DNA of 64,000 bases, from the NCBI GenBank assembly GCA_051362555.1, contig CM120641.1:9858001-9922000 (forward strand), read 5' to 3'. Positions 26,701-40,695 of the stretch are shown piece by piece (positions within the stretch are counted from its first letter, which is position 1; each line of letters begins with the position of its first letter). Made by a program: the position numbers and the translations under genes. The stretch is from Lingula anatina. Lineage: Eukaryota > Animalia > Brachiopoda. Below the pieces are notes generated by a model. That model made no database searches. It saw nothing but the letters and a program-made list of their open reading frames with translations, and was not told the origin of the DNA.

Positions 26701-28516
26701 ACTGTAGTAATATCACTTTCTTCTAGGGTGAAGAGTTGACTGATGAAAATGTCAGTGGTGCTTTGTGCCTCAGAAAACCTTGGCCAGGCATTGCCAGAAC
26801 AATCCATGGCAGCCATGAAAGATTTTTAGATGTTTACTTCAAAATGTTTCCTGGTAAAGAAATATTTCTTTTATAAAAAATTTATTCTCGGAACTCTATT
26901 GTTAGCTCTGTTCTGAAATTTAATGTTATTTACAATATTTTCAAGGATTTGAAAAGAGAAAATGCCCATGTTGCTGGAAAGGTTTAAGGGAGTATGAGAC
27001 CTGGGATTATTAACAATAAAAATCTTCAGGCTATTCACACTATTATATTCCCCAAAGGTGTATATTTTACTGGGGATGGCGCCCATCGTCACAAGGGTGG
27101 TCACTACCAGATCACTGGCAGAATGGATGATGTCATTAATGTTAGTGGACACAGACTTGGAACAGCTGAGATAGAAGATGCTATAGTATGTATTTATGTT
27201 AGTTTGTACTGCAGAGATTTCACTTGTGTCTTGCTCAGCTAGATGAACTTGTTAACATTTGGTTTTGTGTGCATGCGTATTTAATTGAATGCAAAAAACT
27301 AATATTTTACCTAAGGTGAAACTGTCATACTCTTGTTAAAATGTTTAAATATTAAATTGTTATACTGTCCAGGATGAACACCCATCAGTGGCAGAGTCAG
27401 CTGTGGTTGGATTCCCTCATGAGATTAAAGGAGAAGGTAAATTATGCTTTTCTTAGAAAACAGTTTATAAGGCCTTTGTTTATTTGTGCATTAGTTGTAC
27501 AGGTAAATAGATTTTTGTAAAGCACAAAAGATTAATATAAGTTCATGGATTTCTTTTATTTTGCTAAGGGATATCATGAATCTCTTTATATCAATTTTTG
27601 ATAAAAGATGATTGTATGCAGTACAGAATAGTATCACGTCGTATGCTGTTCTTCAGGTGTCTATGCCTATGTCACCCTTAAAGATGATGCAACACAAACG
27701 GCAGCAGATATCATCCCAGAATTAAGAAATCTGATCAAAACACAGATTGCCTCCTATGCTGTGCCAGACATCATACTGGTATGTTTTTATTTCAGAGGGT
27801 GTAAGGTAGTTATTGTATTTTGACCTAGCAAAATTTGTGCTCTGACTCCACATGGGGACTCTCATCATCACTGAATACCATCAGATTGACTAACATGCCT
27901 CTTCCTGGCATGGAGTAGAATACAGAGATGCTGGTGATTATACAAGAACATTCGAAACAAGAAGTTTGTTTGTATTCAGCGAGAATCCTGGTAGAGTTAG
28001 TGCACATTAGCTAGGTCACAATAACTCACTCTGAACAGTTCGTAAGATTCATTCAGACAGAGTATATTTTTCTTGTTGTTGACAGTTGGTAAATCTAGAC
28101 TTGCAATTGACCCTAAAGACGTACTGAGAAATTTGGTTATACTTTGTATCAAGTGAAGTAATTAAGGAATTGGTATATTTGTTTAAATGATTGTAATTCA
28201 CCTTTTGAACATTATATAGTGTACATTTGACGAGAAAATCTCACACCCTCAAATGCTCATTCCATCCTTTTCATCACAACAGCTTGAATGTTATTGAGGT
28301 GCAAGTGTTTGATGTGTTGTGTGTTTTCTCCATTCACAGATAGCCCCAGGTCTTCCAAAAACACGCTCAGGGAAAATAATGCGTCGGATCCTTCGAAAAA
28401 TTGCTGCAAGTCAACATGATGACCTTGGAGATATCTCAACCTTGGCAGAACCAGGAGTGGTACAAGTAATTGTGGACCATCACAATGAAATTAGTAAAAA
28501 GAAGTCCTGGCTGTGA
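20784..28516 (+). CDS. ACSS1: Acetyl-CoA synthetase 2-like, mitochondrial
   Basis: About 14 exons. Basic N-terminal presequence, AMP-binding motif [56 protein letters not shown] and [12 protein letters not shown]. Confidence 0.95.
26015..26193. mobile_element. MITE with long terminal inverted repeats (PIF/Harbinger-like ends)
   Basis: ATGGCTGCATTCAGAACGGTGGACTAACTAGTCC ... GGACTAGTTAGTCCACTGCTCCGAATGCAGCCAT; imperfect pairing extends to about 70 nt. Superfamily is inferred. Confidence 0.8.
27808..28026. repeat. Foldback element (imperfect ~35-40 nt terminal inverted repeats) in last ACSS1 intron
   Basis: AGTTATTG..TGACCTAGC..TGTGC.CTGACTC pairs with GAGTTAG.GCACA..GCTAGGTCA CAATAACT. Confidence 0.65.
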
Positions 28517-29646
28517 TTGGCAGATATTTACACAATCTTGGTTTCCTTACACCATTATTTTGGTTTTGATTAATTAGATTTAATACTTGCCAAAACAGCA
28601 ATAATTGACATGTAAAAATCAGGATCATTAAATAGATCAATAAGCTTTAGCTAAAATTGGCTAAAGTTGGCATGAACACAAGTGATTTAGCATTTCAGAC
28701 TTCAACAAACTAATCGAAGGGATGGTTTGTAGTTCAATTTTTGCATGAAGGCAGTGTAGTTTAGTTTGGGATAGATTTGGTTACGTAATTTATGGTAATA
28801 TGAGGAAAAAACATTTTATCTCTGTTGCTATTGCAGGGGCAATATTTATTATTATGGACACCATTAAGTAAAAGTTTCACCATTTTTGAGATTATATATT
28901 TAGATATTAACATACTATTTTAGCAGCATTATATTTGTAGTTTCTTCAGTCTACTTATTATACAATTTTACAACAGTTTTGCAGATTTTAGCTATGAATA
29001 CCGGTGGACATATTTGTTGTAATGATGTTTACACTAGGAAAAATGTTTGTTCCTGGTTTTAAGTACAAATACTTGAGGATGATTTCCACTTGGCAGCTTG
29101 CTCTGAATTCTGTCAAAAATGTAACAAATAAAATTCTTTCAGATACACAGTTTTCCCCATTTTGCTCATTTTGTGTATGTTGCAATGGCTTCGTCATATA
29201 TTTTGTGTAAGAAGGCTTAACATAGTTATCAAACAATTAACAACATCAATGCAGGTTTTTAATATAATGTAGGAAAAATTAACCTCAAATATGATATTCA
29301 AGTTTGCAAATTTTATTTGTAGCATTATATATACTGTTGATGATTTATGCATCAATAATTTATTTTTCTTTAAACATTACCATACTGGACATTATAAATA
29401 GTGCCTTGAAGTGATGCCTTATTTTATAATGTTACGGGTGGCATATCTGGCATTGCTGTGATTGCTTACAATTCATAAGGCAGAGCATTAGCTCAAGGGG
29501 CTTTAACTCTCAAGACAGAAGAACTTCAAGTTAATTGATAACCCAACATTTTGTCACTTTCACACTCAGTACACTGAAAATAATCTGTGAACTGAGTAAC
29601 TACATATCTTGGCTTATTACGTCCCAAATTTGCCCCATGAAATATA

Positions 29647-29744
29647 GCACAGGTGCTTTGCTTACTTGTGGCCTGATATGGTGACCCTTTTGATGCACAC
29701 TAAAATTGTCTGAATCTGGGCAAAAGTAAGCCCAGTACCTGTGC
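29647..29744. repeat. Inverted repeat/hairpin downstream of the ACSS1 stop
   Basis: GCACAGGTGCTTTGCTTACTTGTGGCCTGAT versus ATCTGGGCAAAAGTAAGCCCAGTACCTGTGC. Confidence 0.7.
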
Positions 29745-31267
29745 AATATGTCGTGGGCATGGGAGAGACAAAATATCAGGGCGATTAATGATTAAAAATA
29801 CTTTTGTCTTGGGAGTTCAACCCCCTTGTAGCAGGTTTGAATAAGGTAGAATATATAGAATATATGCATCCATTTCAATATGCATTGTGAGAAACAATAA
29901 ATGCAGTGTTTTCATAAAACACTGCTAAATACGCACATCATATAAGTAAGATATCTGGTGTGGAGCAGGATGATAACAATTATGGGCAGTTTTTGCATAA
30001 TTATGGACAGTTTTAGTCTTGATTTTTTGCTCCATCGTTAATTATTAAGATTTTTATTTTAGCTCATAGATTAGATTTTCTATTAAAAATATAAATATGT
30101 ATATGCAGAAAGATAATTGAAATAAATATATATACAACTCAAAAGAATTTCATATTTTTATTATTTAATATTTTGTTTTGCTTATATAAAGGAACCTATT
30201 GACAAAATAATAAAAATAAGTTTTTTTTAGTTGTGAATTAAATCTAAAAGGAACCATTTGGTTTAAACAAAAACACTCTACTTTGGCAAATGTAACTTAA
30301 AGTGTTTGCTGTGACACTGGCACATTGTAACAAATCAAATTCTTCTTTGAAGCAGGTAATGAGTAATGTAACATTAATACAATATCCATATGGCTGACAC
30401 AGCCATCAGTTAACACATAATGTTTATGAACTTTGTAAAAAACAAAATTGTGCTGATTGTCAGCGCTGTTTAATAGTTTACAACATTACAAGCTATAGCA
30501 GTCAAATTTTGCTTAATGCAAAAGATGAATAAAATGTGATTACGTGCCTTAACTGATACAAATAACACAAAGTGGAAATTTCTTTTTCAAATTGACAATT
30601 ATAAATACTGGAATGACATTCATAAATATAAAATACTTCCAACAATAAAAAGTTAAGAAAAGAAAGTTTTACATGTAATGAAAACTAAAAATTGAATATT
30701 TCTAAACAAGTATGTTTTGAGTCCTGTAGTATTAATACTCTAAGAAAAACCAATCAAATATCTATTCTTAAAATAAAACTTGGTAACAGTCCAGAACGGC
30801 TTTCAGCTTTTCAAGTAGTAAAATGTTTTACTTACAGCATGCACTGTTTTCGTTCTGGCTGAAGAATTTTTAATGTCTTAAAACCTTTCAAAGATTGATA
30901 TAACAGTAGAATAAATAATTACAAATAAAACAATCATAGACTTCAGGGCACTGCTGGGCAGCTATTAAAATGTAGCATTGAATGAATATATTTATCTAAA
31001 TCTTCAGTAAAGACTTAAAAGCAACATTCAGAAATAACTAGTTACGCACCACATTACTAATGCAATAGGCATTCAGCATTTTATTCACCATATCACCATC
31101 ATTTTATCCATCATATACTGTATTACCATCATTCATCCACTGTTTTACCATCAGATTCAATATTACATCAAATATCACACCCATTAGTCAATCAGTTTCT
31201 GTCATATCAAAACAGTCATTATTCCAGGTAATAAATGTATAGTCTCATCTCAACTGCTATGTATTTG

Positions 31268-34045
31268 CTACCTCAGGTTAACTAGACTCCATCCACCTTT
31301 TCCATCAAGTCGGAGTTCTATATCATGAAACTCTCGAAGAGAATCCCTGTGGCCCACGCTGATCACTGTGATGTGCAACTCTTTGCACATTTTATATAGA
31401 AGCAGCTCTGCAGCATGGCTTACCTGACTTGTGGCCTCATCCAAGACTACAAAATTTTCAAAACTAATATAAAAACAAATCTCAATGAAAGTTGTCAGCA
31501 AATCGTTATTTTTGCAATACATAAAAGAAATACATTTGAAGAAAAATTAATAAGTCAAAATTTAATCATCATCCAGTCCAAAATATAAATATTATTAACT
31601 CACACTAAGTCCATGTGTAACTCTCACACCAAGTCCATGTGTGTAATATCAATACAAGTCAATTATTTTTTCTAAAAGTAACAGCATTAAAATCATACAC
31701 TCAGACTGTGCCTTACTTGCAAAAGGTGGCTGGTGATAAAACAGACGGACAAAAGACAATCTCTGCATTTCTCCAGGAGACAGTACATCATACCTGTGTG
31801 GATGAATATGAACAAAAATAAGATACCCCAATTTAACTTACGACAGGTTTCATGGATGACATTCACAAAGTAAGATTTGCTTATTTGCCTCTGAATAGTT
31901 AACCACTTCCATAATAAAGCTTTTTCACCAATGAGAACTCAAATTTTTAAAGTCAATTGAAATGCATGACTTGGTTTTTTTGTGAGTCGTTTAAGGGTAT
32001 CATTTCTATTTTCACTTATGAACTTTCCATATTGCCAGCAAAAAATAAACTTAAACCATTAATTCAATTTACCAATTCCATTCATTGTTTACATCCAACC
32101 CTCCAGCTCTATCAAGTATTTTTTGCAAGTCTACGGTGCAAATGAAATGCTGAATTATCTCATCACTTTCTGAAAGCAAAGGAATTATTATAATAGTACT
32201 ATTAGTATTATACATGTAGTTTGTACATATATAGCCAGTTCCTGCCTCTGTCTGTATCACAGAAACTAAAGTGGTAGCTTGAGTCAAAGTTGTGCATTTT
32301 CCTTGTTTTGATTCAAACTGTCATTACATAGAATTTTACAAGAAACTCATTCAATTCAATCACATTACATATGTTTAAATACATTATTTTTAAAATTTGT
32401 TTTGAAAACAAAACTTAGCACTGATGATGATACTTACCAGTGCCTGATGAAAGTTTATGATGTGGAAAGATAATCTGAAATTAAGGATTTAGTTTCTTAC
32501 ATATCTAACATCAAAAAGATATGCATGTTTTAAAAATTTGAACTAAGCAGAATAATTAGAAGACATATTAACATCTAAATTATCCAAATATTTAGTAGTT
32601 TCATTTCTCTTGAAATAATTTCCCTTAACCTACTTGTATTCATGTTATTCATACTAACTGTATCTATAACATAACTGTGCCTGATTTAAGTAATCTTTGC
32701 AATAGAACTATCGATTCCACAAATGAGGAACCCACTTGTTCTCTTAATGTTCCATTTGTGAGATAAGGTTTCTGGGGCAAGTAAAGTATGCCTCTAGTTC
32801 CAAATGGCACCAATGTCTCAACAGATCCCTCCATCAGAGGCCACAACCCATTAAGCACCCTAAGAAGTGAACTCTTCCCACAGCCACTGTCACCTGTGAT
32901 AAGTAGGTTCTTTCCTGCTACTATCTCCAGGGACAGATCTAAAAGGGAACAAGTGACAAATTATATCAACTACAATATTCTTCAAAAAGTGATAACTAGA
33001 AAAATTTGTAACCTCAGGAGGTTTGATCTGCAGAAAGAATTACATAAAGGATGCTAAACTCTGGAGAAATGAACATATTTCTAATAATGTGACAGCTATG
33101 GCATCTATAATCAGGTAAAAGAATCTTTAGCATACCCAGAAGACATGCACCTTGTTTAAAAATCAAACAACTTAAATTGTGGTACCTTTCATTAGCACCA
33201 TGTCACTTTGTGGAAGATGGTAAGATAAAGCATTTAGCCTCATGGCTACCGTGCCATCTGGTATAGGGGTCGCTATGCTGCAAATATTATTGGAGTAATC
33301 AAATGCTTTTATTAAAAAAAATTCCAAATTATGGTAAAAAGTATTAACTAGTCATCTCAATTAATAATAAACAAGAAAAAAATATTTCTGAGATCAAAAC
33401 TTTACTCTTGAAACTTTGGTTCATTATAGAGCCTATAGCTAAAGCAACCAGCCTCAAATTGCCTACGATACAGTTAAGGTTGTATCAACAGAAACAGTTC
33501 TAGCATGAGTAAACTGCTGACATTATTCCACCAAATTGATTGTAATTAACTTACCTAATCTACATCACTTACCTGGAGGAAACTATGGACTCTAATGCAG
33601 TGCTGTCTGACCTGCCACGGCCATCTTGTATTTCAACATTAACATTGTTTATATCTTCATCAGGCATACTTCCCAAAAGACCTGTTGCACTGGAATGACA
33701 TATGCATGTCTGAATATCAATAAAGCTTGTCCTTTGTAGTTAGTTATATGTCCAGACTTTCTTTTTATTCTACTTTTTCTGAAAATATAGACAAGCATAG
33801 ATTAACCTGGGTTAATTTGTGTTAAATAAACATATATTTGAGAGATGAAGTTTAAGTTTTAACTCTTGAGATTTTTTTTTTTGCATAGGATTTGCTGATA
33901 AAGTTGTCTATACTAGGTGTCTCCTACTGAAGTTGCTTCAAAACTACTTATATCTTACTGTGTTGTTAGCAATTTCTTAAAAGCATTACCAGATCCTTTA
34001 ATTCTAAATTCTCCCTTAACAATTAACATCCCTTTTGACTAAAAA

Positions 34046-34098
<53 letters not shown>

Positions 34099-37000
34099 CT
34101 AGATACTGTTCCTCTGCCTGGGGTATCATTATCATGGAATGGTGTTATTTTCTCACTCTCGTCTTTATCCAGACAATCTAGGTTTTCAAGTAACTCCCCA
34201 ATACTACAAGATAAATAGCAAAATGCAGTCTGATTTTAATTACATATAACTCTTCATACCTCACCCATTCAAGTTATACAAATCAAATAAGACATTTACA
34301 TCCATTAACAGTAATTTAATTTTCTAATTTATTTTCATTACGTAAGGACAAAATAAATGTCTCCACAAAATTTACCTCTTAAAAGCATTTATGTATAAAG
34401 TATTTTTTTTATAACCATAATATGACTAAAATAAACATAAAAGTTGAAATTAAAAAAATGAAAATCAAGATACACTTAAAGAGAGGGGTGCTAACATACA
34501 CACAGGATCTGAAGGTAATGCCTTTGAAAGAGTAGTAAATAAGTACTAAATGAATGAATGAATGTGGTGAGGCTGACAATGAACACTAAGAGAAAATATC
34601 AAAATCACAATCAACTTCTTGGCAAGGAGAATCTGGTATCTTGCCCCTATCTTACAAGTGATCTTGGGTCCACAAAAAAATAAATAAATAAATAAAATAA
34701 ACATGTATTCATTTATCACTGTTCCTACTAAACTCATAAATTAGCTTATTACCGTTGTGATGTTCCAGCCACATCTGTCATCTTCACAGAGAGATCAATC
34801 AGCTTTGTGAAGCAGTTGATTAAATAAATAATAAAAAATGCATTCTGAAAAAAAAATAACAAAGCTTGATTTAATAAGTGAAAAGTTATTTTAATTACTC
34901 AAACTATTAATATGAACATAATTTGAGTTGACCTTCATAACACAAAAGACGATATTTAATTGTTTTTCATCCATGAATGTCAATGGATAATGTTCACTGT
35001 CTTGCATTACCATTTATTTGTAATAAGGAGACACAGTTAATATCTATAAACAGTTATCTACATCATCTAATGCTTTATTTGGCTTACTAATATACCTTGC
35101 TTATAAGTGCACTGAGATCTGCAGGAGACAAGTTGTCATACATGTTCCACTCAAAGATGGGAATGGCTAATACCAGATAACTCAAGATACTGCCTAAATA
35201 GTCAAAAGTGTTAACAGAGCCTGCAGAAAAAATAATTTTAATTTGTGAAAATTTGAAGATTTACAATATAGTTAGAAATCAGAAGAATGAATACCATCAA
35301 AAAAAAAAGTTGCTGCTGTGTTCTCAATAATATATATGTAACATGCAAGAAAATAATTACAATATTGCATGCTTAAGATTTATGGAAATCAGTGGTATAA
35401 ACTGTGTATTATTGATCTACAAAATTCACCCAATTTGATTGTCAATATTAAAGAATTTCTGAAAAGAACACAACAAAATACTTGCACTGCAGAGCATATT
35501 CTCGCATCATGAGTTGCTGCTGTGTTCTCAATAATCTGTCGAGCTTCTGTTCAGTTTTATGAAGTTCCAGAGTCCCACATCTATAGAATGCTGCAGCCTC
35601 TGCATTGACCCGCAGCTGCATGTGCTTGTATCTGGTGCAGTGATAACAGAATGGGTCAGACTATAAAGTAGTACTAAATTATCTATGCTTATAACTTCTT
35701 TTTTTTTTGTATTCTTTACTATCAGGGTAACACTAGAGACTTGGGTAAGACTGTCACCAAATCAAGCTGGTGAATGACTCTTAATGTGGGCAGAATTCTG
35801 AAACAGCTTACTGACCCATACCAGTTGACATTTCCCGGAAATTAATTTCTATATTTCTCCAAAATTGAAAAAAAAAATTATGTCTGCCACTTTAATAATA
35901 AATATGAGCAAATGGGCAGATGTGCATCAAAATGTATTCCTTTTTATTTGTATCTGGCCCCACCTCTTAGATGTAAGATAGCCAATGACATTATACAAGC
36001 ATATCTATTTTTCAATACCCTGAATTTTTGCATTTTCCAAAAATGTTACAGAGTTATGGTGAGTGTCAGAAAAAGAAGATCAACAGTTGATATGTTGGGG
36101 GAAATGCCGTTTAGTTGGGAAAATTCACCTTTTGTAGGAAAATTCTGTATGGAAAACATTTAAGTTAATTCTAGAGAATAAAATATTTCAATTGAAAAAT
36201 ATGAAAAGTGTCAAATATATAAATTTTTCTAATATGTTCTGTGCATATGTCTTTATACCTGAAATCTCCTTCCTGTCTTTCTTGGAAGAAAACAAACTTA
36301 ACTACTGGTGACATCAGCAAAATGTTGATAACTGTTGCCACAATGAAGAAACATACAACGCATACTGGACCCAAATATCCAGAACTGAAAAGAAAATGTT
36401 ATAAATGTTTAATATAAATTCTTGCCTTTATTTGTGCAACAAGATAGGCTCCCTAAATAAAAAATCAATATATACACCAAGGCCCAATTTTACTTATCTA
36501 ACCATATGATTTTGGCTAAAATTATACATAAAAAAATACTAATAAGATTATTTTTCATTACTTTTTTGCTACTTATTTGTAATTCACCTTTTAAACTAAT
36601 CAATAACACAGTTATATCAAGGTGGATATTAGTTGGTGGATATATTGTTGGTGCCTTAGTGTAAAAGGAATTGAAGGAGAAGAATCCTTGTAAAGCCCAA
36701 ATCTGTTTTTAATGGGTCTTCGCTGCATCTATTGCCATTGGGCTATACAGCTGTGGCACACTTGTAGTGATCCCTACAGATCTGAACTAAACAGAGAAAA
36801 TATTGAATTCTCACACGCCATGCACAGCAGTATAGAAGCTTTTGATTTATTAATGAAATGCTTGATGATTGAGAAGCCTCTTTTAGCAGTTAAATTAATT
36901 ATAACTCACTGCATTCAAGTCAGTAAAGTTCACTTCAGACTGGCTTTTAAATCAGTGAATATACTAGCAGTGAATATACTTGTACTAGAAAAAAGCAACA

Positions 37001-40000
37001 AGTTTACTGAGTACTAAATGTATTTATTACAATGACAATGACAGGCTCTCTAATTCACATATGCAATATACAGGCTTTCAACACATATCATATATCACAT
37101 GATAATTTTGCATTTCTTTCAACAAAGGAAGGCATCCTAAAAGGTTTTCTAGAAGGGGGTGGGATGGGAGCAGAAATCCTACCTTTCTTCACTTCACTAT
37201 AATATTGTGCAAAAAAAAAAAAAAGCTTCAGGTGGCAGGGAAGGGGGGGTTACAGCTGTGCACTTTTTAACCTACCTTTAAATCACTGGCAAATACACTT
37301 GGATTATAAAAGCAAAAATCCTCAATCCCAAATAAATCACTTCTCACTAAAATGCAATTACAGATTGTATTCTTTCACTTTAATGAAAATGAGAAATAAA
37401 TTTAATCATTTCTAAGTGGTTTTGTCATTTGTCTAGCTTTCAAAGAGATCTACTAAGTGATTTTGCATTGCAGATACTGACATAAGCAAATGAGCTTTTA
37501 AAACATTGATTTTTGTCTTGACACCCTTTGATGTTAGGAACGCTTAATCCAATCCAAATGGCTTTGTGTGCGATGATCCAGGTTGGCCTAGTATGCTATC
37601 TAATTCTACGCTTTTCTTCTACACCATCACATAAAACTTCATGAGATTAAAAACAGCCACTGAATGACTATCTACACATAAAACTTCATGAGATTAAAAA
37701 CAGCCACTGAATGACTATCTAAATAAAAAATCTGCCTAAAAGATTTAAAGTAGTTTTGATTAGTAGTTTTGATTAGTCTGACAAAGATGAAAAAAAGCAA
37801 TTACCTTCAATGCAATATGAAAATCAACAGTGGAATAAGGTAGTGTATATGGTAAACCTTCCTTTAAAAAATTAATTTCTAACCCTAACATAAAATACAA
37901 AAATCAAACAACTGGTAACTGTTTAAGAAGTAATGTTATCCATTATTATGTGAAAGAATAATATGTCTATGAATAAAGATGGGTTTCTCATAAAGCCATA
38001 TGCATCTTGGAGGTTCATCTTATGTTATAATAACAATTATCTATGCTGTGTACACGTATACCAAACAATACATAACAAGGACATAAGATTGGAATTACCA
38101 AATAAAAGAACTCAAATTGTTTTTAACAAAGTAAATCACATCATTGAAATCAATGACAATAAAGAGGCATAAACAATTCAACAATAATTTCAATTGCTTT
38201 GGAAAAAAAGGGGAAAAATACACTAGCAAAGATTTTACACTCCATACTGAATCAAACTATCATCACTGCAAATCATACCTGGTGTATGCCTGGTATAAGT
38301 AATAACCAATAGTAAATGGGGAAATAATGGCCGGAGCTACCACCTGGCTGAACTGGTCGCACATACGGTCAACATCCTGTGTGATTCGTTGGTCACTGAA
38401 AATGTAGTTATCAACATCATACATAAAATTGATCTGTTTTTCACAAAAAAATGTGGAATTAAAAACTGCTATCAAAATTGAAAATACTGCCAAACAAATA
38501 AAAAAAAGCTAGCATTCTGGGCCCAGTTTTATAAAAGGGCATTTAGCACTAACAGGCTTTTAGAGAATTTACTCACCAGTAAGGCTTATATACCATTTAG
38601 TGCTAAATGCCCTTTATAAAAATGGACCCTTTTAAGTACTGAAAACTACCTGCAGACCTAAGATTAGAATAAAATCTTAAATACCAATCTTAAATATCCC
38701 TATATGTGAGGTAAGTAAGGCCTAGTATAACTTGAACTTTATGATAAACTAAAACTTATCAATAGTCAAATTTACAAAAAAAGTAATAAATAAATAAAAA
38801 GGAAAATTAAATTATTAATCATAACTTACGGATTGTCCACTCTGTTTTGCAGTACATTTATCTTATAGTATAAAATATCCTTGAAGTACTTGGAGTGTAT
38901 ATGACGAGTGATTAGCCCCCTCCAGGTCACATAGAGCACTGATGCTACATAGGTGCTTGTGCTGATAACCTGAGAAAAAACTTCAAATTGTATTAATCAG
39001 AATCATTTTTCTATCCCAAAATGAATGCATGTGCTTGTTCTTGTCTGGACAACCCTATGTTATGTCTGAATGGATATTTGAGTTTATGGAGATATTTCAC
39101 AAAATAAATATGTACAATAAGAAAATGTCAAACTGGTACATAAAGTTATACATTTGATAAAAATATGAACAACTCTCATTTTTTCTTATTATTTGTATAC
39201 TTTAACTAAATTGAGGTCATTCAATGGCCTGAGAGACAGTTACATTAGTACAATTTGGATGTGTGAACATGTAGAATTACAGAAAATACTTGCTTGTACT
39301 TAAGAGAAACCTACTTACAAATGCATTGGCAACAATTAGGCCAAGGGCAGAAATAATCAGCACTCGGAAATTGTAGATGTCCTTGTCTCCAAACACCTTA
39401 TAGAATCTGCTTGGAACTAGTCCCACAAAATAGATTACCACTTGACCTTAAAAAAATAACAAGTAACTAAATTAATTAATTAATAATTTAAACTTTAGTT
39501 TTCAAAGAATTTTCAACAAGTACTATGTTCAAGTTATAATACATTTCTGACTTTTAACCACTCGAGTCCATTCTTAAAAAGAAAGAGAGAAAAACATACC
39601 CTTTACCAGGGCCACAGATTGACTTTTCACTAGATATTCACATATGTGTCTCTGGCTAATTCATGGCACATTTCTACTTTGTTAGAGAAAAGTGCACATA
39701 TAAATATTAATTTGTGGCTCTGGTAGAGGGTAAGAAAGACATAACTGTACTCTTCAACACTTTGCTGTCTAAAATATTGCAGATAGTTTTTTAAATGAAT
39801 TATCAATTTTCTAACTTAGTTTTTTTTAATTTTTTCATATTTTTTAAAAGGGTTATGTATTTACCTAACAAACCTAACAGCAACAGGGTTATGGTCAATA
39901 ATACTGTAACATTGGTCCATTTAGGATACATTATTCTCAACAGCTTCAACAATCGCTTGGCAAACAATGTGTTGAACTTGAGGCTGAAATTTTTTTAAAC

Positions 40001-40695
40001 AAGCTCTGATCATATATGCTATGTAATATATATCAGACTTTTAAAAAATCACTAAAAATGAATTTTTCTTCAATTTGGTAAGTTTAACGAGACACTCCAC
40101 AGGAATTTTCAACCAAAATAAATTTTCCTGGGGTAAGGAGCAATTTTCTCCTACTTGAGAACTATTGCTTGACCCATCCCTGCACTTGTTTTACTTCATT
40201 TTAATTCAATAATTTAGTTTTAAATGAATGTCCAATCAAATACACAACATCTGCCATCACTCACATTGCCTCCTTTTTACACAAGAAAAAGGCAGGGTGT
40301 TTTGCATCGTTGCCCTGCACCATAAATAAAACAGACGTTGTAAGCTGACAATGGGAAACCTAAGGAGGTTGAGAATATAATGACCACACAAGGTATGCTT
40401 CAGATAATCATTGGTATAAAGGGTTTTATTGTTTTCAGAGTCTGGATTGGAATATATAAGAACCTTTAAAAGGGCATGAATATGACTGTGGGAGATTTTG
40501 AAATGCATGGAGAGAACCTCTAAAGATTCATTTTGGCTGAAAAATCCCATGGATGGGTCCTTCATATTTTAAGGCAATGTATCTCACATGAAAACCAAAC
40601 AATTGCAAGCAAAGCCTACACTGTATACATTATTTTTTTAAAAATACACAATATAGTTACCTCTGCTCATGCAAGCCCATTGATAATGGCTTCAT
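31268..40695 (-). CDS. ABCD4: ABC transporter subfamily D member 4 (lysosomal cobalamin transporter)
   Basis: About 17 coding exons. Peptides [24 protein letters not shown], Walker [26 protein letters not shown], signature [27 protein letters not shown] and SVGHR. Start at 40695 ([11 protein letters not shown]) is inferred from phase; an upstream, probably non-coding exon may lie near 42400-42520. Confidence 0.94.
34049..34094. repeat. (AC)n microsatellite
   Basis: Direct observation; lies just after an ABCD4 donor site. Confidence 0.95.
37628..37721. repeat. Perfect 47-bp tandem duplication
   Basis: CACATAAAACTTCATGAGATTAAAAACAGCCACTGAATGACTATCTA x2. Confidence 0.92.
38519..38629. mobile_element. 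Short MITE with ~33-bp terminal inverted repeats
   Basis: GGGCCCAGTTTTATAAAAGGGCATTTAGCACTAA ... TTAGTGCTAAATGCCCTTTATAAAAATGGACCC. Confidence 0.8.

Noticed and set aside
28505-28516. ACSS1 C-terminal SWL as a peroxisomal PTS1
   Set aside because: Does not fit [SAC]-[KRH]-L; the N-terminus indicates mitochondrial import.
31495-31572. Minus-strand C/D-like boxes in the last ABCD4 intron
   Set aside because: No terminal stem and only about 7 nt of possible rRNA match.
37879-37889. CTAACCCTAAC, identical to the vertebrate telomerase RNA template
   Set aside because: The flanks are plain AT-rich intron with no recognisable pseudoknot, CR4/5 or H/ACA domain; a chance 11-mer is plausible.
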